From the human T2T-CHM13v2.0 reference genome, Homo sapiens: DNA of 64,000 nt. The position numbers and the translations under genes are program-made. The stretch lies in NCBI RefSeq assembly GCF_009914755.1, contig NC_060929.1; one strand, 5' to 3'. Below are positions 52,439-64,000 of this stretch, piece by piece (the first letter of the stretch is position 1; every line of letters starts with the position of its first letter). A model generated the notes under the pieces. That model worked only from the letters and a program-made list of their open reading frames with translations, was not told the origin of the DNA and searched no databases.

Positions 52439-55400
52439 GCCAGTTGGTTTTTTCAGCTAGATTTTTTCATCTGCAAAGCTAAGAGAACAATGGTGTCAGG
52501 AATAAATAAATTACTATATAAAGTGTATTTATTATAATGCTGGTCACGTAGTGACAATAATCTCATCCTCATCATGTTTCAGTGTCTTCTTTGTGAATAT
52601 GTGCTTAGGAATCATTTCAAATTATTGTGTAAACTCTTATCACTTGGTATAAAAGGAGAAACTAAAAGTTTTAAGGATAGGCTGACTAAAAGCAGAGAAA
52701 CAAGAACCTAGTCTATCAGGAAGAGTACAGTTATCTCAGAATGATGATCATTTGTTCTTTTGTTCTCAAAACAAGACCTTCAACAAAAGTCATGGCTTTC
52801 TACCTCTGATGCTGACTGTGAACGAATCTGAGCCTTTACTAACTCTCATGACCTTTGTCTTCTTCCATCTTCCCAGGTATGAGGCAAAGATTAAAGCCAT
52901 AGACGCTCCTTGGGGAAAGGTGCTGTTATAACCCACGTGGGTATCATTAGCTTGAAATGTAGAAGGATGAAGATTTTGAATGAAATAGAGACTTTATTAA
53001 GGAGTAGGATGCCTGTAGATACCAGCCAATTCATGCTGTAAGGTATTTCTTCAATACACTTCTTGTAGAAAAGTAAGTGGTGGTTACAAAGCCATGATAT
53101 TCAACTTAGCTGTCAAACAAGCAGTCAGCTTACACCTTAAGGGAGGAAGGAAACTGTTTGAAATGTTGCAGAATGTGGGACACTGTAGGATAATGAGGAG
53201 TTTCTAATCAGGAGACAGTACTTATATCCAAAACTTGTTAGCCTATGCCTTGCCTCATCGGCAAAATGGGACAATTGGACCTAACAGAGTGTGTGCCAGA
53301 GGGTTTTTATGAATTGCTTCCAGGTGAATATCCATGAATCTGATGATACTTGAAGACACTGACTCTCATAAATAAATGAAAGCCAAATTTGAAAACACAT
53401 GTGTAGTTGGAAAGGCGATTTCAAATAATCGAGACATACTTATCCTCTATTTTTGAAATGAGGTTCAGAATTCAGCTGGAATTACAAGGCTCATCAAACA
53501 CTTTGAACTTGATACAGTTTAAATAGGCTCATCTGAGCAAAGTACAGAACAGCCTTCATTTCCCAGGTTCTGTCAGTCAGCCTGCTGGATTGACTGGTGA
53601 TGTCTTGATTGGGTATGATTCCCCTTGACTCATTTCTCTGTTGCTGGTAATTAAAAGCTGTCTAGTTTTGTTCTCATTTAACAATAAGTGAAAGGGTAAT
53701 GTCTGCCAGACTTTTCCATTCACTTGGTGTTTGTAACAGTTGAGAGCCTTGGAGCACCATGAATTCTAAGCTGAAGGTAACTATCAGTACAGATAGTGTA
53801 TTGGTGTTTTGCACCTGGGAGCTGACTATAAACCTCAAAGCCAATCGGAAAACAGTCCCCAGGGTAAATGGATAAATTGTCATAGATGACCTTCTCCTCT
53901 CATTCCAGCTTTGAAAAACAGAACTTTCTGTGAGTAGGTAGAATAAGCTGTCTGTCATTTGCAGTTTCCAGCAGTCTCTGAGACTAGTGCATGTGCCTAA
54001 TTTTACACTGGAAGGAGAAACCATGTCGAAACGCAGAAGGCAAAATAAGAGTTAGGCTCTCTCTAGGCTCAGTATGTTTAGTTCTGGTTCTTAAACCTTT
54101 CCCATCATTATGGTTTTAATCATTCCGATCAGCATTATTATAATCACAAAATGTCAGCCTAAGAAAACGATAATCTCATCGTCATTATGTTTCAATGTCA
54201 CCTTTGTCAACTTGTGCTTAGCTATCATTTCAAATTACTGTATCAATGCTGCAATTAGATATAATTTGTGATATGACCAGCATTCACAGGTGAGTAGTTT
54301 AAAAAAAAAGTCTCACACCAACTGAAATACTTTATTATTATAGGTCTATTCTTTCAGAACCAAGTATGTTTAATGTGTGCTTTCATTTGAGAAATATTTC
54401 AAATCAAAATGTTACATTTTAAGAATACATGACTTAATATTTATGACTTGAATATTATAACTGTGTGAATTTGAAGCACTGAAATCTCCCATTCTCTATA
54501 AATTTTATTATTAAGATGGCATATGGAGGTTTTTTCAGGATTGTCCTCATGCATGCAATTAATGAAATTCAAATGTCTTTTTTTTAACCAGTAAAAGTGC
54601 TTATTGAAATTGACCATTCTGTAATGACTTCTACTCTTTCATTGCACAGAAGCATAGGTTTAAAATATTTTCCATTCTGTTAAGTTTTCTTTTAAACCAA
54701 GATAAGATTAAGGTATAAGAAAGGAAGAGAAGTGATGATTTGGAGAAAGGTTTCCTACCTTCTCTTACGGGAAGATGAGACCTAGGTTTAAAAAGTAGGA
54801 CTGGTTGATCAAGCATAAAAGTGATTTATGAAATATGACATCTCTGTAACATTGAGAAAAAAATGTTTTCCTTCATTGAGTGCTTTCTTCCATATGCAAA
54901 ATATTGACACATCCCTATTATATCAAACAAAAGCCTTCATTCAGAGAGATAATTTTATAGAGCGGCTGGTATCATGTGATCTTATTAATATTTATGAAAT
55001 ATGATAATAATATGGAAAAGGGGGAACTGGAATACAGCCCTATCTTTCTAGACCCTATTCATTTCAGCTTCAAAATGTTTTTTCATTTCACACATCAGAC
55101 GCTAATTAGCAAATATCTAATTAGTGTTAGAAGATTAATCGCTCATGGGAGTTGTTGAGGCTTTGAGCTTTCATGCATGCAAAAACAGTGCCACTTTAGG
55201 TGCATTTGTTAAGGTACAGTAACTTTAAGTGATACAACTTTTATTTTTCTTCGAAAAATATTTAAATTACATCGTTGGAGTAAATTTAGGCTCAAGCAAC
55301 AAGGAAGCAAGGAACACACAATTGAAAAATAAAAATGACACTGTGGAGAGCCACATATTCAGTCAAATCTCCAAGTGTCAGGCAAGGGTCTACTCTGTTT

Positions 55401-55480
55401 TAGGCACTGTGGGAAACTATCACAAATTTAGAGAATCATCAAGTACAGCTCCTGATTTGCAGACACTTAGGGAATTACCA

Positions 55481-55817
55481 TAGGGGATCAAAATCCAAGG
55501 ACTCCAGGCCAAATTCAGCCAGACATGTGTGTGTTTTTGTACAGCTGTAAACTAAGAATAGGTTTTACATTTTTAAATCATTGGACAAGAAAATGAACAA
55601 AGAATGATATTTCATGACACGTGAAAATTAAATTCAAATTTCAGTGTCCATAAAAAAAATTGTGTTGGCATATAGCCATGCTCATTCGTTTATGTACTGT
55701 CTGTGGCTGGTTTCACACCAAAACAGGGCGAGTTGAGCAGTTGCGACAGAGACCATATGGACCACAAAGTCTAAAATATTTATTCTCTGGCCCTTTAAAG
55801 GAAAAATTTGCCACCCC
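55481..55817. mobile_element. MER58B hAT MITE
   Basis: ggccaaattcagcc...atttcatgacacgtgaaaatt...agttgcgacagagaccatatgg...ctggccctttaaaggaaaaatttgccacccc. Confidence 0.85.
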
Positions 55818-55839
55818 AAAATTAAAGATAAATATCTAG

Positions 55840-56060
55840 ATGATAGAGCAGAGCAGCTTTGGGAGTCAGGTAGAGCCATATCAGTTCCGTAGTTTGTTAC
55901 CTGTGTGACTTTGGCAGGTGATTTAAAATTTCTAAGCTTCTATTTATAGTGTAGCAATTATGAATCTCTTCATAGATCTATAGAAACTGAGGATTTAAAG
56001 AGTTGAATGGGATTACTTACACAAAGTACCTCATCTGTTTTCTGACTTATAGTAGATAAA
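55840..56060 (+). mobile_element. MIR fragment
   Basis: gctttgggagtcaggtaga...ctgtgtgactttggcaggtgatttaa...tgaggatttaa. Confidence 0.6.
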
Positions 56061-58014
56061 GAGTAAAAGTCACTGCCTTGGCCCCCATAGTTTCCAAGAT
56101 ACAACATAAAGTTAGGTTTCTTTATGAATTCTCCCTCTCACCTTCCTTAGAAAGGTTCCTAAATGGAAGGGCAAGTGGCCCAGAAGTGGGAACGGTACTA
56201 TTTTTCACCTGTTTCATGAATAAGATGGAAAGGGGATAGGTACTAAACTAAAATGATCTCACTAGAGATTTGTGCTTCTAATATTATAGGACTTTGTCCC
56301 CATCTTGTCCCCAAATGCCCTTAAGCATCAATCCCTTCTTCTAATAAAACCTGAAGAAAGTAGCTAGCAAAAATGTATTGTTAATGCAAGTTTCAATGAT
56401 GTTGTTCTTATTTTTTCACTCGTAAAAATCTCTGTTCATTCCAAATTCCTATTTACAATTCATAGCTGTCAGATCTTTCATTTAAGTACACACATATTAA
56501 ATTTATTGACTATATCCTGCAGAGTTAATGATGGGTAACTCATTAAATGCCACGGGGAGTCTGTAGTTTATAAGTAAAAAAGAAAATTTTAGAGGGTGAG
56601 GTGTTTTTTGAGAGAGAGGTTTGGAGTAAATTAAAAACTTTAAAAATTATTCTACAAGCTGAAAAATCTCTGTTTCAAAGCAGCAGGAATTTTAATCAAC
56701 ACACACACACATAAAGAGAGATAGCCGTCTCACTTCAGTGTTGTAAATAGTAGGACTGGCTTCTAGAATCAATATATCTGCACTGAAATTTGGTCATAAT
56801 TCAAATTGCTTTAAGTGTTCTTTGGAGACAAGACCAAAAACTACTGAAGGGGTTTAAAGTGAGGTTTAAACCAAAGATATTACAGCCTCCAATGTATCTC
56901 TGATACCTCCAAGGAGCATTAATTCATTTCCTCTGAAACAATGTGCATTAGGAAAATATTTTGAAATTATACTGATTTTACATGACAGATACATAAGGCA
57001 ATAATTTGAGAAATAAAATCACAATCATAGAAAGCATATAATCATATTCCTGAAATATAAATAGCAATTGCTTTAGGGGATTGTTAGAGTTGGGGCAGAA
57101 CAAGAAAAGCTAGTGTCCTGAAAGTTTAATCAATGGTCATTGACTAAATGGTCATGCCGCCATTTTAGTCAACGGTCACTCTGTGTACTCAACATGCCTA
57201 CTCAGTCTGGAAGTATCCTGGGCAGTGGGCAAGTTGTATTCAGAGAAGGGCCAGACATGGGGAATGACCTTGAATCAGATGGAAGGATTTGCCACCAATT
57301 GCATAAGGTAAGCCAGAAGCCCTTGAGGTCTCTCACCAGGAGGTTTTCCCTCCACCTTCCAAAAGCCAGAAGAGAAGGAAGAAAGAAAGTGATTATAACA
57401 AAAAATGCCATAAGTCAGTCACTAAGAAGGCGCTTTGTATTGAAGAGAAGGATGGTTTAACACATACCTTTCAAGAGCTTCTCTTGAAAACAAGTGAACT
57501 TCATGAAGATTTATAAACATGGTCTGCCCCTAGGAGCTCACCATCAGGTCTTTCCTTGGCATGTATGTATCTGTACATCATGTGAATAAGAATCACCATG
57601 AATGGGGGTGTTATCAAAAGATACAGATAACTAGATTGTCTCCCTGTCTTCCTCCTTCTGAATCCATGAAGGGTCAAGCCCAGGAATCCAAATGTTAGTG
57701 AACCTCTCAAGTGATTCGTATCTACCTTTAAATGTGAGAAAAATATCCCTGGGTCATTGCCAAATATGAAAAACAGTCAGTTGCATAGCTTTTGTATTGT
57801 CATTACTGGTTCCTTCATACATAAAGGCATCTCTCATGAAGTTTTTGTTGTTTTTCCCCCAAACAAGAACTTTACCTTTGCCAACCATTGTATTTTCTGG
57901 TTTTTTTTCTGTCAACTACAAAGGATTTCTACACTAGAAATTCGGAAGATTTTATAAAACCAATAATGAGTTAGGAGTCAGCCACACAAGATGGCCTGAA
58001 TAACTGGACGTCAC

Positions 58015-58648
58015 AGTTATTTCTTGCTTTGGACCAAACCACCCCAAAACTTAGGAGCTTGTGAGTCAACTGAGCAATTCTTCTGCTGGACTCCCCTGGG
58101 ATACGTCACATGACTATATTTGTCTCCAAGCTTCAGTGGAGCCTGGTTGGTTCTCAACGTGTAATCACTTGACCAGCACAATCAGTATCACCTAGGAAAT
58201 TGTTAGAAATGCAAGTTCTCAGGTGCCATCCCAGGACTACTGATTTTAAAACTTTAGAGGTGGAGCCCAGGAATCTGCTCTAAGCTGGCTTCCAGGTGAT
58301 TCCAATGCTCACTCAAGCTTAAGCACTTCCGTTTAGAGAGCATCGGAGGGGGTGGTACTCTTATCATCCTGCAAGCTAGGCTGAGCTTCCTCAAACGGTG
58401 GTACCACATTCCATTGGGCTGAAAACAGATGTTGAGATGCCTCTTGAGACCTAGGCCCAGAAGTTGTCCTGTGTCATCTGTGACACCTTCTATTGGTCAA
58501 AGCAAATCACAAGGACAGTTTTAATTCAAGGGGAAGTAAAATAGACTCTTTCCTCTTGAGAGGAGTGGTGAAGTCACACAGCCAAGGTGCCTGGATATAG
58601 GGATGGGAATAATTGTTCTGGCCACCTTGGTAAACAACCTTCCATACT
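58015..58648 (-). mobile_element. Old MaLR LTR (MLT1H/I/J-like) interrupted by MER5A
   Basis: accaccccaaaacttag; ttctattggtcaaagcaaatcacaagg...ttcaaggggaag...atagactc. Confidence 0.65.
58145..58332. mobile_element. MER5A hAT MITE
   Basis: tggttctcaa...atcagtatcacctaggaaattgttagaaatgcaagttctcagg...ggagcccaggaatctg...tccaggtgattccaatgc. Confidence 0.85.
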
Positions 58649-58744
58649 GAGTAATAATATAATAGACTTAATGCTTTATTCTCACCAAGATTCCCCAATA
58701 TTTTCCTAAAGGATTTTTCTCTTCTTTGCAAAAACAATGCCTAT

Positions 58745-59232
58745 TTTATCCGTTTTATAGAGCAACTGCAACAAAGTAACACAAACTGGGTGTCTTAAAA
58801 CAGTAGAAATTTATTTTCACATAGTTCTGGAAGGCTGGAAGTCCAAAATCAAGGGGTCAGTTTGACCATGTGCCCTTTGAAATCTGTAAGAGAGAATTCT
58901 TCCTTGCCCCTTTCTAGCTTACGGTGATTTGCTAGCAATTCTTGGTGTTTTTCTGGCTTGCAGTCGCAGCATTCCAAGCTGTAGCTCTTGTGTCACACAG
59001 AGTTCCCCTTGTGTATCTCTGTGTGACATTCTCTTCCTGTGTCTTAACATCATCTTCCTATAAGGACATAAGTCATGTTGGATAAACATGGCTATGTTTA
59101 CTAATCCACTATGACCTTGTCTTATTGAACTAACTGCATCTGCAATGAACCTATTTCCAAATAAGATCACTTTCTGTGGTACTGGGGTCCAGGACTTCAA
59201 GATCTTTTGGGAGACACAATTTGATCCATAGC
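58745..59232 (-). mobile_element. MaLR solo LTR (MLT1B/C-like)
   Basis: caaagtaacacaaactgggtgtcttaaaacagtagaaatttatt...ctatttccaaataagatcac...gggagacacaatttgatccatagca. Confidence 0.88.
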
Positions 59233-59794
59233 ATCTACCTGGATTTGAGTCATATGGCTGACTGTATTTTATCATATCTGAAATCAAGAAGTAACTGTAC
59301 TGGGAGGAGGGGCGGATTCTAAGACCTCTACTCACCTCTGAAGTCACCGCTTGGTTGTGTATGGTTGACCCTCTTGTGTGAATAGATATATAAATGTTTG
59401 ATGGTTTAGTAATCTTCTGGACATGGGGCCCTGGAGAGAATTATCAGCACAGAATGTGATACTTACGTGGGCTATGATGGAAAAGCCACAGAGGATGGTA
59501 TCTTCCTGAGCTCTGCATTTTAAAGTATCCTATTACATAGCATGAAAATCACGCGGTGCCATTTAGCATAATAATACCAGGGGCACACTTAAAATATCAT
59601 GTTATAGCTTGGAAACATTGAGAGCTACAATGGGATTTCAATTGTGTAAAGGGATGTTTTTACATCATCTTCCCTGGAATTTATCAGGGGCACTTTTATT
59701 CTATTATATCTCTAGTGTAATGAGACTCATGCTTTTTGAATGTTTAGACCCTGCCTATATATGTAGAGTTTTTGTCTAGCTATATTTATATATT

Positions 59795-60030
59795 GATTCA
59801 TTAATTCATCTACTTATTATTCATTTATTCATCCATTCATCATTCACGCTTTCATTCAACAAATGTGTACTGGGTGCCCCTCCTGGGAGACAGACACTAG
59901 GGAGTCAGAAATAATAAAACTAATTCCTTCCCTCATGGAGCTGATATTCTAAGGAGAGATACACAATTTTAAAATAACGAAAAGCAAAAATACACTTTCA
60001 GGCAATAAAATGTACTATGAAGTAATATGT
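59795..60030 (-). mobile_element. L2 3' end with expanded (TTCA)n-like tail
   Basis: ttcattcaacaaatgtgtactgggtgcc...ccttccctcatggagctgatattcta. Confidence 0.8.
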
Positions 60031-61139
60031 GTGTAATTGGGGAATAGAATTAACATTTGTTTGAATAACTCTAGGCATCATGTGAAGGTATATTCTGTAA
60101 GGGCTTGTTTTTTTTAATATAGCAGCGTCCAAATACATAGTTCACTGTCCCTGAGAATGGCATGGTTACTGCTCAGTGACCCTTTTCAAGTCATTGAAAA
60201 TATTTTCTATTTGCTGCTGATCTATTTCAATAATTGAGCTTGTTGGGACAGCTGTTATGCTATGTAAAGAGCGGAGATTTTGGCTCCTGAGAACCCTGGG
60301 TTTGAACTGAGGATTGGTGGTTTGGTTATTTATTCTCTCTGAGCTTGGCAAATGTCCCTACTAAATGAACATAATACTGCCTTGTTCTTAGGTTGTCCTA
60401 AAGCTTACACGAGGTGACATATGTAACACTACCAACCACAACCTCCATAGATAACTGCTTAACACATATTTGTACACAGTTTTCTCTGTAATTTCATTCA
60501 AGCAATTTGGGCTTTTTGGTGGTCTTCTAAAATGGCCACTTTTAAAAATAGTCTATGAAAACAGATCAGTCAAAGATCCTCTTCTCTATAATGATATTAC
60601 TCAGGCACCTGCACACAATGAAAGTCCAACATTAAAGGGCAGAATCTTGCTAGATAAACATGTTTTTTAAAAGATTTAATTGTCACGGCTCCCAAATAAA
60701 ATAATCGTGGTTAATTTTTACATCTTCAAACACGTATGTATGGCTTTCTGATAGTGCATTATACATCAAATACAATAAAAAAGGCATTAACAAAAACCAC
60801 TTACACTAAAATCTGATTTATGCTTTCACATAAGATACATGGTTTTATGCTTTTATGGGTACATCCAAAGTTTGTGAACTTTTACAAAGCCCTATTTAAA
60901 TACTCTGCTCTAAGACTGCATTTTATCTTCCTAATTTGGGCATAATAATCTTAATTATATCTACTGCACAGGCTGTTGGACAAGGTTCCTTTTCGTGCCC
61001 TCCATGAGTAAATTTGACCATACGTACAGACTTGACAGGCCATACATACAAATGATAGCAATAATATTGGTAAGGAACAAACTTGGCAGCATCGTATAGA
61101 ATGCATTTCAAAGTTTAGTAATAATGATTTGCAAATAAT

Positions 61140-61365
61140 AACATAGTTCTTTAGAAAAAAGTTATTGACACTTATCACATATGAAGCAGCTCATTCAATG
61201 TTCAGAACACTCATTCGAGTCAGAAAATATTATTGTCATTTTATAGATGGAGTACATGAGACCCAGAGAAATTAAATAACTTCTCCAAATTCATAGGCTA
61301 GAAAGTGGTGAAGCAGAGGTTTGAACTCATTATTCTTCCTCCAGAGTTTATACACTTAGCTGCCA
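61140..61365 (-). mobile_element. MIR SINE
   Basis: cattttatagatggagtacatgagacccagagaaattaaataacttctccaaattca...gaggtttgaactca. Confidence 0.8.
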
Positions 61366-62253
61366 TGCTGCGTGGACCACCTAATGGAGAACACATCCGG
61401 GCCAAGTTATTCATCTCAATTGTTGTGGGGCTACACATAGCATGTCTTCTTTTTTTGTTTGTTTTTAATGATCATAAGCAAATGCCTGACTTTCAAATTA
61501 TTCCTATATTGAATGAGTCATTGTCTACTGGAATTGTCTCCCATAAATGGCATGATCTCCCTAGGAACCTTAGACTGTGAACTTTATGCTGCTGAGCTTT
61601 CAATCCTAGACCTGAAAGGAAATCTTTAATCAAGAAATGGAGTCTGGTGCCTCAGTGAGCTCAGACCTCCCCTCGATGACTAACGCTAAGTCTTTGCTCA
61701 CTGCTGAACTGAACATTAAAGTGACAGAAGGTTGCACAGAAGGTAAATATTCTTTGCGATGTAAACCTAAATTAGGAAAGAGAGGGTAGGATTGATCGTG
61801 AATGGGTGCCTGCATTTGATAGTCTCATGATTTAGGTGTCCTACGGAGAGAGGGTTGGCAGCGACTCCAGTTAAAAAGGGGAGGGGATGCTCCGCAAGGC
61901 AGAAATAATGACAACCAAGCATCAGATATTCCATGGGCTCTTGGCTTTCTTCCATGCTCAAAAGACTAAACTAACCTCTCGGTCAACTTCAATGTGCTAA
62001 TTTACAACTTAACACTCTTAGGCCATATTTCTGTCCCTTTCCCCATAATTGACACCTCAATCATTATGCTGGCCTCCTCTCCTGGGCACTCTCAGTATAC
62101 AGACTCTGCTTATCTCACCTTCAAAGTGGCAGTCCCATTGCCTGCAATGATACATTCCTAACATGTCAGCCCAAAGCACAGAGTTATTCCAGTGCGACTT
62201 AAACTTGAAGTCCACTTTTTTTGATAGACCAGCATCTGTCTGGAAGTGGAATC

Positions 62254-62601
<348 letters not shown>

Positions 62602-62764
62602 TGAAGGGCAAAGAGTGGTTTTGGCATTACAAATGCTTCTCAACCACACTTTTGTTTTTCGAAATATTTTGAAATGTTTATCTTAAATTTATTTCTTTTT
62701 AATCATAATGGAGATTCATGCCAAAATACAGAAACTATTTTGTCTATAAATGTGGAATCCTATA

Positions 62765-62885
62765 ATAGACAGTGGAGCTACCCGGGGACTTTAGAGTTTG
62801 CACAGTTTAACTTTCTCTTTACAGATGTAGAAACGGAGGCTCAAAGAGGTCTTATGCCTGGTCCAAGGTCACATGGCTAGCTGAG
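62765..62885 (-). mobile_element. MIR (MIR3-like) core
   Basis: tttacagatgtagaaacggaggctcaaagaggt...ccaaggtcacatggctag. Confidence 0.75.
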
Positions 62886-64000
62886 TATAGCCTCATAATA
62901 GTCCCTAAGAACTGAAGATGTCAAAATATGCAATGAGCTCGTTTTCTCTTTGCACATTTAATTACTTCTATTTTTCTGTTTTATCACATGTCCAACATAT
63001 TCTTCAACCCTTCAATTTAAGGGACAAAGGGAAAGGTGGAGACAAGGATAGGAATAAGAACACATTGGCATCTATTAAGATCATTTACACCAAATCAGAA
63101 ACATAAATATAATCCATCAGGGCACTTTCTCGTAGCAAATCAAGGAGTTTTCCCTTAAGTAATTATAAAACAGGTTAAAGGAATAAGAACTCTGGTCATT
63201 CATCGATTCTTGATTTTTATTCCCAGACTTATCATTCCCCAGGATGAGAGGTTTGAGAGAATAGATACATTTGTAAAATGACTAGAATAATTTTACCCAC
63301 CTCAGGGATTCAGTGAGTGTTTAATACCATAAAGGACTTTGAGATAGTCAGATGAAAGGTGCTTTAGAAGGCAGACATGATTACTGGATTAGAATTTCAG
63401 AGAGTGAGAAAGGACTCTTTTGTGTTGACAGACTTTTTTCTTATTCTTTTTGCAGTTCTATAGTGGTTTAAAATTTTTTCTCCTACCAATTTCTTCAATT
63501 TCAGATCATGTCCTTGACTTGGTACTGCTCTCGTGAGAAGGAATGTGTGGTTGGTGTAAACTGTCTAGCTCCCTGTACATTTTTTTTCTAATAAGCATTT
63601 TAGCATCTTTGAATTCACAAAGCTAATTTTCCTCATTTTCCACAGTGGCAATGTTTGTAAAGCACAATGAAATCACCTGGGGACAGTGTTCTTTAAGGCA
63701 GTATTTATTACAGGTCACAGACACACACACACACACGCACACATACACTTCCCTGTATTGAATTGTTTGGAGACCACACCAATTTTGTTTCATTCTACAA
63801 GGGTTTCCATAATATCATTAATCTCTCTCAGCTCTTCAAGATGGCCTCTTACCATATTCTGTCAAAAAACAAGATATAGACCATTTACTTTAAATACCTA
63901 AAAATAAAAATGCTGAATCAAATGGTTACACATACACACACACATGCACAGACACACAGAGCTCTCTAATGTATTTTTCAGTTGTTGGAAATCTGTGTGC

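Overview
AT-rich primate (very probably human) non-coding genomic DNA, either intergenic or deep intronic. I find no credible protein-coding gene, tRNA, rRNA or CRISPR array. The longer ORFs in the track are Alu or microsatellite translations or chance ORFs. The window holds 13 Alu-family elements (AluJ/S/Y, FLAM, FRAM), several with visible target-site duplications (TSDs). It also holds many L2 and MIR fossils, L1M 3' ends, MaLR LTRs (THE1A, MLT1), hAT and mariner MITEs (MER5, MER53, MER58, MADE2) and simple repeats. The most notable signal is a probable AmnSINE1 (Deu-domain SINE) fossil at about 12.7-13.0 kb inside a repeat-poor block; this family is known for exaptation as developmental enhancers. 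Other leads are a CpG-retaining candidate regulatory element at about 45.8-46.1 kb, several motif clusters, unexplained local duplications, a compound VNTR and speculative splice-site pairs. I cannot support a new biological system from this sequence. Repeat family calls come from recalled consensus sequences rather than a database search, and boundaries of old repeats are approximate.
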